From assembly GCA_964019335.1 (NCBI GenBank), contig OZ025675.1, forward strand, positions 558,001 to 622,000: DNA of 64,000 nucleotides. The letters run 5' to 3'. This DNA comes from Diplonema japonicum (lineage: Eukaryota > Protista > Euglenozoa: Diplonemea). How positions within the stretch are numbered: the stretch's first letter is position 1; each line of letters starts with the position of its first letter. The translations under genes and the position numbers were made by a program. Shown here piece by piece: positions 10,346 through 19,929 of this stretch. The notes beneath the pieces are model-generated. The model made no database searches, was not told where the DNA came from, and saw only the letters and a list, made by a program, of their open reading frames with translations.

Positions 10346-13300
10346 TCATGCTTGGTGGGATATCGCCCTCCTGTTCCATTCGATCACCGCCTTTGTCCTC
10401 CCGATGGATCGTAGTGTGTGCACCCTTGTGCTCGGCTCAGCTGGGAAGGCCCTCCTTCCTTTCACCTTCTTCAGTACCCTCCCTAGCTCCCATGTGTGCC
10501 AGATCTTCTTCATCAGTCCATGCAATCTCCTCACTTTCTGCTGTACTTCTGCGAGATCCCCCAGCTTCCCTCCAAGGGTCTTCCCGGTCACGTTCTCGAA
10601 ATCCAGTGCCAGCTCCACCGTCGACACTGACGTGTTCCTGCTGCCTGCATACCAGCGCAGTTGCCGTATCCACCTCAGCACCTCCTTCGTGTACTCCCGT
10701 AGGACATCCCCTGCCGGTAGCTTGCCGAAGTCCTTGTCCGACGGTACTGGGTGTTCTTGACCTTGTGTGATCTCCAGCCACTGGTGTGTGTGGTACACCT
10801 CCTGCCTCTTCGCTTGTAGGGCTGCGTCCCGCTCCCCCACCACCGCCAGCAGGTACCTCTGCGTTCCTTCGAGCCTTTCCCTGACATCCTTCCCTGCTCC
10901 CCTTGGCAGGATGCCATGCAGCTTCGTACACGGTTCCAGCCCCCTGCGCGTCATGCCTTCGTGTTCTTCCCGCTGTTGCACTTCCTTGGCCTTTTCGCAC
11001 TCCCACAGTGCGTGCTCCAGCATGTTGGGCAGCTGTTGCTCCTGACCGCAGATGTCGCAGTGTGCCGTCGTGGGTTTGGCCTGCTTAGCTTCTTGCTTCC
11101 TCGCCTCCGCAATCAGCCACTTTTCGGTGTCCTGTCCTTTCTCTTCTTCTTCTTCTTGTTCATCTTCAGCCTCGTCTTCATCCTCGTCTTCTTCTCCTTC
11201 CGCCATCGGGATGTGCTCCACCGTGTCCGTGCGCCATCCCCGTGGGTTGATGTAGAACACTGCCCCCGAGATGATCCTTCGCACGTCCCTTGCTGCAATC
11301 GGGTCCGTCACCACCAGCTTCCTCCACAGCGCGTTGGTCTCCGCTGCTGCCGCAGCTTCCATGCCCCCCATGGTGCTCCGTTTGCTCATGATTTCCTGTG
11401 CTTCCGCCCGCCTGAGTCGGTCCCTGATGTAGTGCTTGTAGGGCTCCAGTGCGTGGGTGTCCTTCAGCTGTGCCCAGCTTAACTTGATCTGAGGCAGCCA
11501 CCTTTCCATCATGATGCCCACCGGTCCCAGCGGTATCTTCTTCCCGCTGTACCGTTTGGCAATGGCGTCGCAGCGTGTCCACAGCTTGTCGTCCTTCTTG
11601 CAGGCTCTGTATAGGAGCATAAGTGCTCTGTATGCGGCTGTCATCTGTGGGTGGCTCGTGTGTCCCGGCAGTGTCACGGATAGTACTGTGCCTGGGTTCC
11701 TGGTGCAGTACTTCTGCCCCCAGAGCGCGTACGTGGTCTCCTTCACCAGCGTGGCCATTTGTCCCGTTTTCGGCGGTGAGAATGGGCAGTCGTAGAGGCA
11801 GCTCGGTAGGATCGTGCTGCTGATGATCTTCGCCTTCTGCTGAAAGGACAACGGCGTTGCTCCCAGCCTGCTCAGCGTCCCGAGTGCCTCCGCCGTCCTG
11901 TCGCCGTTGGTTTGCGGCCTGCCGTCTGTCCGCAGCTTGGCTCCCAGTACTCCTACAGTCCGTGTCGGCTGCAGTTCCTCGCCTTTCACCTTCACCTCCG
12001 GTGTCTTCCTGTTCACTGCAAAGGTCTTCGTCTTCCTGGTGTTGAGCTTCATCCCCACCTGTTTGCAGAAGGCTTCCACTGCGTCTACGCATTCCTGCAA
12101 CGCCGCACCGAGCCGTGCCAAGAGGTATGCATCGTCCGCGTAAGACAGCGAGCGGACCCCTGTGTCGTTCTCCACCTGCTTCATTAGTACCGCCAACAGC
12201 GCGTTGATGAGTACCACTGAAATCGGGCATCCCTGAAGGATTCCATTGGTTGTGTGGAACTCCTCCCCCACGCCTGCTGCGTACCTGAACCGTCTTCGCA
12301 TGCCTGCGTACATTCCTTTCAGTGCCCTGAGGATGCCTGTGTCCATGCCCATGTCCTCCACCAGCTCCAGAACCAGCTGTTGCGGTACACTGTCAAAGCA
12401 TTTCGCAAAGTCGAGTGCCACCCCGACTAGCGGTTTCCCCTCCAGAATGGATTCTTCGATGTCAAGGGCGAGGTCCAAAAGTGCGTCCTCTGTCCCGAAA
12501 CCAGTGCGGAATCCGTATTGCTTGTCGTGTATCCATTTCTCCTGCCAGATGAGGATATCAGACAGTCGCGCGCATGCCCAGAGTCTGTACACCGCAGATG
12601 TGACTGTGATAGGCCTGTGCTCCAGTGGTCCCGCATCGTCGCACTTCGGTACGAGGGTAACCAGTGCCGTTTTCATGGCTTCCGGCCACCTCCCCGTTGC
12701 TTCGATCGCATGGAAGAGCATCGCCCAGGCGTCTAGTACTGACTCTGGTAGTTTCCGTAGCTCTAGCATCCTCCACCCGTCGATGCCTGCCGCGCTTTTC
12801 TTGCTTTTCTTTCTGAGCACTTCCCTCAGCCTTGCTCCCGTCAGTTGTGTCCTCTCCATCTCATGCCGTTGCACGAACTTGCTGTACTTTGCCTTGAAGG
12901 GGGCATAGAGGGGCTCCGGTCGGGACTCGTATTTCGCAAAGACGGTCTTCCACGCCTTGCGCATGACGCTGTCGATCAGTCCGGGGGACGCAAAGAGCAC
13001 CATCCCTTCCTTGACCGCCCTGGTTCCGTCGCTTTGACGTTTGCCTTTCGCGACTTTTACCAGTCTTGTTGTCTCGCGTCCTGCTGCAACCTCGGCCAGG
13101 TATTCTCGTCTCCGTGACGTGTTCGCCTCGGTCCTTTTCTTCCGTTCCTCAGCTGCAATTGCGTCTTCCATGTTCAGCGCTGCTGCCAGCATGTCCTCTA
13201 TGAGAACAGCGTCGTGCGGCACCGGTTCAGCTGGTACTGCCAGAGCCTTTGCTTCCCTGTTCACGTTTCTTATCGTGTTCAGGGTCGGCTTGCTTAGCCC

Positions 13301-13396
13301 CTTGTCCTCAACTGCTTGCTCGAGCTGTTGTTGCAGTGTCCGCGTCTTGAGCTTCAGCTTTTCCAGTCGCGCTTGCCATGTTGTAGCTGCACCCAC
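10346..13396 (-). CDS. Retroelement reverse transcriptase plus zinc knuckle (probably one ORF with the APE part before frameshift)
   Basis: Complete RT motif set with YADD; this frame begins at a non-ATG codon and overlaps the end of the APE ORF. Confidence 0.85.
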   Translation of the reverse strand: MGAATTWQARLEKLKLKTRTLQQQLEQAVEDKGLSKPTLNTIRNVNREAKALAVPAEPVPHDAVLIEDMLAAALNMEDAIAAEERKKRTEANTSRRREYLAEVAAGRETTRLVKVAKGKRQSDGTRAVKEGMVLFASPGLIDSVMRKAWKTVFAKYESRPEPLYAPFKAKYSKFVQRHEMERTQLTGARLREVLRKKSKKSAAGIDGWRMLELRKLPESVLDAWAMLFHAIEATGRWPEAMKTALVTLVPKCDDAGPLEHRPITVTSAVYRLWACARLSDILIWQEKWIHDKQYGFRTGFGTEDALLDLALDIEESILEGKPLVGVALDFAKCFDSVPQQLVLELVEDMGMDTGILRALKGMYAGMRRRFRYAAGVGEEFHTTNGILQGCPISVVLINALLAVLMKQVENDTGVRSLSYADDAYLLARLGAALQECVDAVEAFCKQVGMKLNTRKTKTFAVNRKTPEVKVKGEELQPTRTVGVLGAKLRTDGRPQTNGDRTAEALGTLSRLGATPLSFQQKAKIISSTILPSCLYDCPFSPPKTGQMATLVKETTYALWGQKYCTRNPGTVLSVTLPGHTSHPQMTAAYRALMLLYRACKKDDKLWTRCDAIAKRYSGKKIPLGPVGIMMERWLPQIKLSWAQLKDTHALEPYKHYIRDRLRRAEAQEIMSKRSTMGGMEAAAAAETNALWRKLVVTDPIAARDVRRIISGAVFYINPRGWRTDTVEHIPMAEGEEDEDEDEAEDEQEEEEEKGQDTEKWLIAEARKQEAKQAKPTTAHCDICGQEQQLPNMLEHALWECEKAKEVQQREEHEGMTRRGLEPCTKLHGILPRGAGKDVRERLEGTQRYLLAVVGERDAALQAKRQEVYHTHQWLEITQGQEHPVPSDKDFGKLPAGDVLREYTKEVLRWIRQLRWYAGSRNTSVSTVELALDFENVTGKTLGGKLGDLAEVQQKVRRLHGLMKKIWHTWELGRVLKKVKGRRAFPAEPSTRVHTLRSIGRTKAVIEWNRRAISHQA

Positions 13397-14534
13397 CGTT
13401 CCCGTCGTCGTCCTTTGTGCTGGTGTGTTTGCCTCTTCCGACGTACGCTGCCCTCCCCGGCGTCCCCACTGGTTGGTCTATGAGGAGGTCTTCGGTGCAC
13501 CGGGAGAGGGTCTCGAAGGCTTTTGTTATATTTCCTTCGTGCAGGTACTGTCGGAATCCGGCTGCTTCCACTGCTTCGGCTCCTTGTTCTTCCGTTGGCT
13601 CATCTGCCGTCTCCAGACCCCTCGGCAGCATGTATCGTTGTACCGTCATCCTGAATCTGTCGAGCTCAAGTGCAACCGTCAGTGTCCGGTGATCCGTCCC
13701 CTTGATCGCTTGGTTCACTTGGCATCCGGTGATGGCCGGTACTGCCTCCGGACTTGCCAGTATCCTGTCGATCCGCGTGGCGCAGTTCTCCCGTACAAAC
13801 GTTGGATCAGGTTGTTTCCCTCTCCATTTTGCGCATAGGTCCGCTGTGTCCGCCCATCCTGCCTGCAGTGCCTTCCGCAGTTCCGGGGATCTTGCCTCGT
13901 CGGTGTTGAAGTCGCCAACGACGAGTATTGGCACATTGCCGAGCTCCTTCGCCTTCTTCCGCAGGATGTAGTGGAGGAGGGTCTCCCTCTTTGCGGTCTC
14001 TTCACGTCCTGTTCCTGCCGGGCAGTATATCGATATGATATGTAGCCATCTGCGTTTGCCATCGATTGCAACCTGAGTGTGCAGCCACCTCCTGCGTTGT
14101 TCTTCAGATTGGTCGTTGGTGTCCAGAGAACCTGGCAATGCTGTCCTGGGTTCTCGGATTAGGGTTGCCAGTCCTCCCCTCTGAGCTACCCAGTTCGAAG
14201 CGATTCCCTCCACCTTCCTTCCCGGCTGCGGCGGTCCCCACATCGGCTTCCACTTCTTCTTCGTCTTCTTCCCGAGCTCCCGCTCCATCTCCTGCTGCCC
14301 AGCTAAGGTCAGCGCCGTCTCCTGCGTGCAGATCACGTCGACGTCCAGCTTCGTCGTAACCTCCTCTATTTGGTTGCGTAGGGAGGCCACGTTCACTGTC
14401 GACACGTACATGTTGGGCCCAGGGTTCGGATGTATCCCCTGCGCCGTGAGCCTCGCGAAGTCCTCTTCCTCCTCTGACCCCGGTTTCCGCCTCCCCGTTT
14501 TCAGTTGGGGAGGTTTCCAATGCAGCTCACGCAT
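13308..14534 (-). CDS. Retroelement N-terminal part: 2A-like peptide plus apurinic-type endonuclease
   Basis: ATG at 14534 follows a polypyrimidine-AG; LTAQGIHPNPGP lies immediately before the APE domain. Confidence 0.8.
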   Translation of the reverse strand: MRELHWKPPQLKTGRRKPGSEEEEDFARLTAQGIHPNPGPNMYVSTVNVASLRNQIEEVTTKLDVDVICTQETALTLAGQQEMERELGKKTKKKWKPMWGPPQPGRKVEGIASNWVAQRGGLATLIREPRTALPGSLDTNDQSEEQRRRWLHTQVAIDGKRRWLHIISIYCPAGTGREETAKRETLLHYILRKKAKELGNVPILVVGDFNTDEARSPELRKALQAGWADTADLCAKWRGKQPDPTFVRENCATRIDRILASPEAVPAITGCQVNQAIKGTDHRTLTVALELDRFRMTVQRYMLPRGLETADEPTEEQGAEAVEAAGFRQYLHEGNITKAFETLSRCTEDLLIDQPVGTPGRAAYVGRGKHTSTKDDDGNGGCSYNMASATGKAEAQDADTATTARASS

Positions 14535-14929
14535 TGTTCCCGCCTGCAGCAAAAGAAAAAGGAGAGGAAAGAGAAGCGTGGTGGGGAATGCTTTTCTTTT
14601 TTCTTTCCTTTTATTTCTTTTTTTTTTCTTCCACCATTTCTTTTCTTCCGGGAAGAAAGGGGAACACCCAAAAAAAAAAAGAAAAAGACGATTAGAGTCA
14701 ACCGGTAGAACAACAGGTAGAAAAATATTTGTAAACGTTCAAAGAGAAAAAGACACCGCAGGGCATGAGGACCCTCTGAAGTGGCAACACGTGACGATCC
14801 TGTCGACCATATCAACTGGTGACCTGTGTCCCTGACCGAGGCATACTCAAAAATGGCAAATCACCGGGAGAATCCCTCTATGATAAGAAACGAAGTGGTT
14901 AGCAAAGGCCCACCGCGGTGGCGTGCCTA

Positions 14930-15125
14930 CCATATGATCGTTCCCTGCTACTCCGTGTCGCTTGCAGCGTTTCTAGGATAAGCTTGATCTTCACCGCCTT
15001 CTTGTGACGTTAATCGTTGCCCCCCAACGTCTTCTACGTGTAGCCTCCGAAGGCAGTCGCTAGCTAGATCGCCGACACGGACGCCACCTCAGCACCTGAT
15101 CACCATACTCCCTGAGCTGCGGGGT
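14930..15125 (-). pseudogene. Degenerate 3' fragment of the same retroelement group
   Basis: Minus strand reads LREYGDQVLRW...SVSAI*LATAF..KTLGG, matching LREYTKEVLRW...SVSTVELALDF..KTLGG of the 10346 ORF, with stops and deletions. Confidence 0.65.
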
Positions 15126-16269
15126 CAGCTTGACCTTTTGCTCCTGACCAGACAGGTAAATACTTCCTTCTTCCGCACCTTCAATGCGTAAAAAAGTTTT
15201 TTATTCACTCCCCCCCCCCCCCCCCCCCCCCGCAAATCACTATTGTTCCGGGTGAAAATATTTTCTTGGTTTTACAGCCTGGGGTTTTAAAAAAAAAGAA
15301 TTTAAAAAAAAAAGGAAATTCTTCTGTATCTGAGAACACGGACTGCCAAATAGGCGGGGGGGGGGGGGGGGGGATTGTTTTTTTTTCATGATTTCTTCCT
15401 TCCTTTATTAGACCATCCAGCTGTTGTGTGCCAGTAGCTTTCGAAAATCCAAGATACGGACAACGATATGCGAGGCAAACACAAGAATCAACAAAGATTT
15501 CTCTTTCTATGGGATACTGTTCTAAAAAGGAAATAAAAGAGAAAGGAAAGAGAGAGAGAGAGAGAGAGAGGAGGTGGGGGTCAAAAGAAAAAAGATTTGA
15601 TTACTTTTTTTTTTATTTTTTCCCCCTTCTTTACATCCAATTGTATAACAAAAAAAAAATTAGCGAACTACCACTGTTTCTTGACTTTTTATACCCATTT
15701 ATAACAGCAGAGGGGGGGGAGAAAAAGACACAGAATCCTACAAATGGGTCCCGTAAATCGATTTTTCTGAGTCTAATATTTTATTTTAACCACTAAACCC
15801 ACATGTCATATTTTTATGACATAAAAAGAAAAAAGAAAAAAAAAATCCATAGACTTTCACTTTTTTGGCGCCATTGCTTTGTTTGGCTAAATGCTGCCCT
15901 TTTTCAGCATTATTCTAAGAACTTGAGAGGTCTAAAATCCGGGAAAAAGTGACAATGAGGAATACCCGACTCCACTTGAAGGGGGGCATCGCTGTGATCT
16001 TCAGGAGCCCGAAACACCAAGTACCAGAAACCGATAGGCCAGAGAGGTGTTTGACGCCAGAGAGGTGTGAATCGCAAGTTTTCTTTTATTGCATTTTAGT
16101 ATTTATTTTCCACTTTTTTTTTTTTTACTTCTTTTTCCCCCCTTTACCAAACAGGGTCAAAAAATCATAAGGTCAAAAGCCGAGTTCAGGGCCTGAATGT
16201 CTCCAGAGGTCACTTCTCCATAAAAGAATACTTTGTATGGTTAAATACTGCCATTTTTTTTTTATTTTA

Positions 16270-16396
16270 TTATTTCATTCTTCGTCATTTTCTTCACTCA
16301 CTAGGGGACTCATTATTTAACGCGAAATGGCCATTATTTAAGTAGTTAAATAATGAGATTTTGGAGTTAAATTATGGGGCCTCAGAGTGAAAAAAT
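16270..16396 (-). repeat. Family A element, partial (right end only)
   Basis: Reverse complement of ~508-633 with a few substitutions. Confidence 0.85.
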
Positions 16397-16833
16397 TTGT
16401 TTTTGATTATTTGAAGCAAGAAAAAAAAAAAAAAAAAGAAGAGGGCAGCATGCAACCATAGGAAGATGACATTGTTGTTGCCGTTCTTTCAATTGCGATC
16501 CTTGACCTGCCATGAGGGTGGCAGGCAAAGCGAAAAACAGAAAGAAAATGGCGAAAAAAAAAAGTTTAAAACGCAATTTTAAAGCTTGAAATACAGCACC
16601 TAGGGTGCAAAAAAAAGTGGTGCACATACACACTTGTGACAACTAGGGGAGGGCCCCGGAAAATCACGTTTTTTAACCTCTACTTTTTTGCTTATTCAAG
16701 GGGTTCTTAAGGGACTTTGGCCTATCCTAAAAAGTTAAAATTTGTCATTTTTTTCCGGACGAGCTCATATATAAAAAAAAAAAAAAGATTTATTTATTTT
16801 AAAAAAAAAAAGAGTCGGCATTATTTTTAAAAA

Positions 16834-17489
16834 GGGTAGAGTCCTAACTCGACCCCTAAGTTTCTGAAATGCTCAAAGTACACCCCCTAAGTCTTCAAAA
16901 CGCTCAAATCCCACCCCCTAAGTTCCAAAGTGCTCAAAGTCCACCCCCTCAGGTTTTCGAATGCCCTAACTAGGCCCCTACGGTGGGAAACCGCTCAAAG
17001 TCAACCCCTTAGTTTCATGAATAACCCGATTGGGTCCCCTATGTTTCATTAATGCTCAACAAGGTTGTGCGCATGCTTAACAATAGGCAACTTGAAAGGA
17101 AAAGAAAAAGACAGCCTGGGTAACCAAGGCTACTTCTTAGAGGGCCGCGTCGAAGGTGTCTTCCTGTGTAAAAGATTACAGCTTTGCTTCTTCTTGGAGA
17201 ATCAGGAGAGTTGGTGCTCGTCGAAGTTTTGTGGCCAAGAACACCGCAACGACTGCAGGCATTCTTCCTTTCGCTCTTGCTGGGGATCCTCTTCTTTTTC
17301 CTCCCTACACCTTTCTTGAAAATGAGTTTTTTTGAAGACTTGGGGGTATTACACAGAGATTTAAGAGAAACCTTGGGGACCGGATCAGAAACTTTTTCCT
17401 CCTTAAAGATAGACCTTGAACATTTCTCAAACTAAGGGGGTGGATTTTGAGCATTTCTCGAACTTAGGGGTCAAGTTAGAAGTTTTCTC
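16834..17489. mobile_element. Mutator/foldback-like MITE
   Basis: ~60-bp imperfect TIRs (ctaactcgacccctaagtttctgaaatgctcaaa / aaaatgctc-type inverted copy at 17430-17489), ~30-bp acccct-containing subrepeats 16850-17040, G...C ends, 9-bp direct repeat TTTTAAAAA at 16825-16833 and 17490-17498. Confidence 0.75.
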
Positions 17490-17589
17490 TTTTAAAAAAA
17501 AAAAGTCGGCGTAGTTTTTTGTATAAGCCGGGTAGCACCTGCGAAGGTTAAAAAGCTTATTAGCAGCAAAGCAATAGTTGTGTTGTAAG

Positions 17590-17715
17590 AGTCTGTTGAT
17601 GGTTGTTTGTGCACAGCCGGGGTTAACCTGTAGAAGGATAAGCCCAACAATGCTACCACTACTCTTTTTAGCAATAACAATTCATTATCAATATATTGTT
17701 TTTTCTTGTTTAAGC
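17590..17715. repeat. Dispersed ~125-bp repeat, family B
   Basis: Nearly identical to 38142-38265; diverged copies at 48383-48500 and (inverted) 54280-54385. Confidence 0.85.
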
Positions 17716-18288
17716 AAAAAAAAAAAAAAAAAAAAAGTCCCTTCATACTTGAGGGGAGAGAGAGGTTTATGGGGATGGGAAGAGAAATACAAGAGGAAGA
17801 AAATCCTATGTGAACGACAAAAAAAATGCAACACTTTCTTTCCCCCCCTTTCCCTTTTTTTTTTCTAGCCACGCCCGTTCGCCCCCTACAGCCATCTCTA
17901 AGGTGAAGTGGCGTGTGTAGGGGTATAGTCTGATGTAGCCCATGGAGCTAAGAGAACCCTTCGTATCGCCAGGGGGAGAGAAAAAAAAAGGGGGGGCCCA
18001 TGGGTTTTAAGTATGATTCTCATTCTTCTTTCAAGGGAGTCATATTCCTTATTGAAAAGGAACGCAAGGAGGTCAGGTGGCTTTTCAAAAAAAAAAAAAA
18101 AAAAAAAGAAAAAGAAAAGAGGCGGAAAAGCGTTGCTACTCGTCAATAAGAAGGAAAAAAAAAAAGAAAAAGAAAATAAGGGGGGGAAATAAGAAGAAGA
18201 AAAAAAGAGAGGAAAACAGAATTGGGGGGGTTGGGGGGTATGCTTCTCTTTTTTTTTTTTTCTTTTTTTTTTCGCAGAAAGCATGGAC

Positions 18289-19897
18289 TTATATAAAGGT
18301 GCGCTGGTGTGCGGCCACCCCTGGCCCTGGCTGAACAATTGCTGCCTGACGGCTCACGGCAGCCTCCGTCTCCATGACCTGAAGGAAGTCCTCCATGGTG
18401 ATGTCAGGGCTGCTTTGCTTTTTTGACATCATTAAGGCCACGCCACCACAGGCGGCAAGGGTACCAACAACGATGAGGATCCAGACCCAGATCGGGGTGC
18501 CTGAGGAGGAGCTGTCCTCTGGGGTGGCTTGGGGGCTCTGCCCTGCCGCTGCCTGCAGGTTCAAGGGGGAGAGGGCGTAGCCTTTGCACCCCAGGAGAAC
18601 GGGGCCTCCCTTCTGGGGCTCTCCGGACCCGTCCATGCAGCTGCACGTGTAGTCCTGCATCTTCGCTTTCGTCTTCTCTCCCTCCACACACTTCTCCCCA
18701 TCCCCGCACGGGTTCCCCAGGCACTCGTCCAGGGTGTCGCAGTTCGCCACCTTCGTTCCCTTCATTGTCTTGCCCGAGCCCGCGCAGCTGCACACGTAGT
18801 CCCCCAGCGTCGCCATCCCTGTTGCATCCGTACACTCCTGGCCTCCACACGGGTCGCTGCTGCACTCCGTCTTCATCGTGCATGTTGTTGCCCGCCCCAC
18901 TGTGCTGTGGCCCTCGTAGCCGTCCTTGCACGAGCACACGTAGTCCTTCGTCGAGCTCAGCTTCGTGTCCTTGTCCTCGCAGTCCTGGTCTGCCCCGCAC
19001 ACAGCCTGTCCCGCCTTGCACTCGTCCTTCACACCGCACGAGGCAACCGGTCCACCTGTCTTCGTCTCCTTCGTCTCCTTGCAGGTGCACACAAAGTCCC
19101 CCGTCTTGCTCATCCCTGTCGGGTCGCTGCACTCCTGCCCCTCACAAGGGTTTGTCGAGCACTCGTCCGTCGGCGGTGCGAACGTAGCAGGGGCCATCGT
19201 CTTCGGTGTCTCCGTCGAAGGAGCGTCCGTCGCAGCCTGTTGTGTGATGGTCTTCTTTTTCTTCTTTTTTTTTTGCTTCCTCCAACAACATACCGCAGGG
19301 CAGTCCGACACAGGGGCGGCCGTCATCGTCTTGTTGTTTGTGTTGCAGGTGCACACGAAGTCCTTCTTGCTGCTCACCACAGGGGACGGGTCGTTGCACA
19401 TCTGGTTCTTCCCACAGGGAGCGGGGTCCGCCTGGCACTCGTCGAAGTCCGTGCAGCCAGCAACAGGGCCACCTGTCTTGGTCGTCCCTTTCGACTTGCA
19501 GGTGCACACGAAGTCCCCAGTGGTCGCAGCCCCAGTCGGGTCGCTGCACTCCTGACCGTCACAAGGGTTCGTCGAGCACTCGTCCGCAGGTGCCATCGTC
19601 ATGGGTGCCTCGGTGTCGGGGGCATCGGTGGCGGGCTGTTGTTGTTTTGAATTTCCGTATGTTGTTTTTTGTGTTTGTGTCCTGTTGGCCTTGAAGAGCC
19701 TCTCTGTGTATGCTGGCACCAGGGACGAGCTCTTAACTACGGAAAACTGCATAAAGCCCGAAAAGTTCAGGGAGGATTACGAAAAAAGAGAAGCATTCTG
19801 GGTTCATATAGTCAAAAGGCAGTGAAATACCACACCTTACACCTGGCACGCCTTTACGCCCACTAGTCGTTGACTTGATTAATATGAGTGGGACGTT

Positions 19898-19929
<32 letters not shown>

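Larger units (their letters stand above)
10200..14550 (-). mobile_element. Non-LTR retrotransposon, near full length (2A-like peptide, AP endonuclease, reverse transcriptase, CCHC knuckle, conserved C-terminal domain), with two apparent frameshifts
   Basis: APE motifs TVNVASL, ICTQET, SIYCP, GDFN, RIDRIL, TDH (ORF 13308-14552). RT motifs AAGIDGW, RPITV, QYGFR, LDFAKCFD, GILQGCPIS, YADD, LG (ORF 10346-13396). CDIC...H....C. Frames break near 13400 and 10360. Boundaries approximate. Confidence 0.93.

Noticed and set aside
14550-14930. HDV-like ribozyme or 77-nt signature at the retroelement 5' end, as in L1Tc/ingi
   Set aside because: Could not assemble the nested double pseudoknot by eye; needs a descriptor search.
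16850-17045. Regularly spaced acccct repeats resembling CRISPR or iterons
   Set aside because: Degenerate subterminal repeats of a TIR element; mirrored at the other end.
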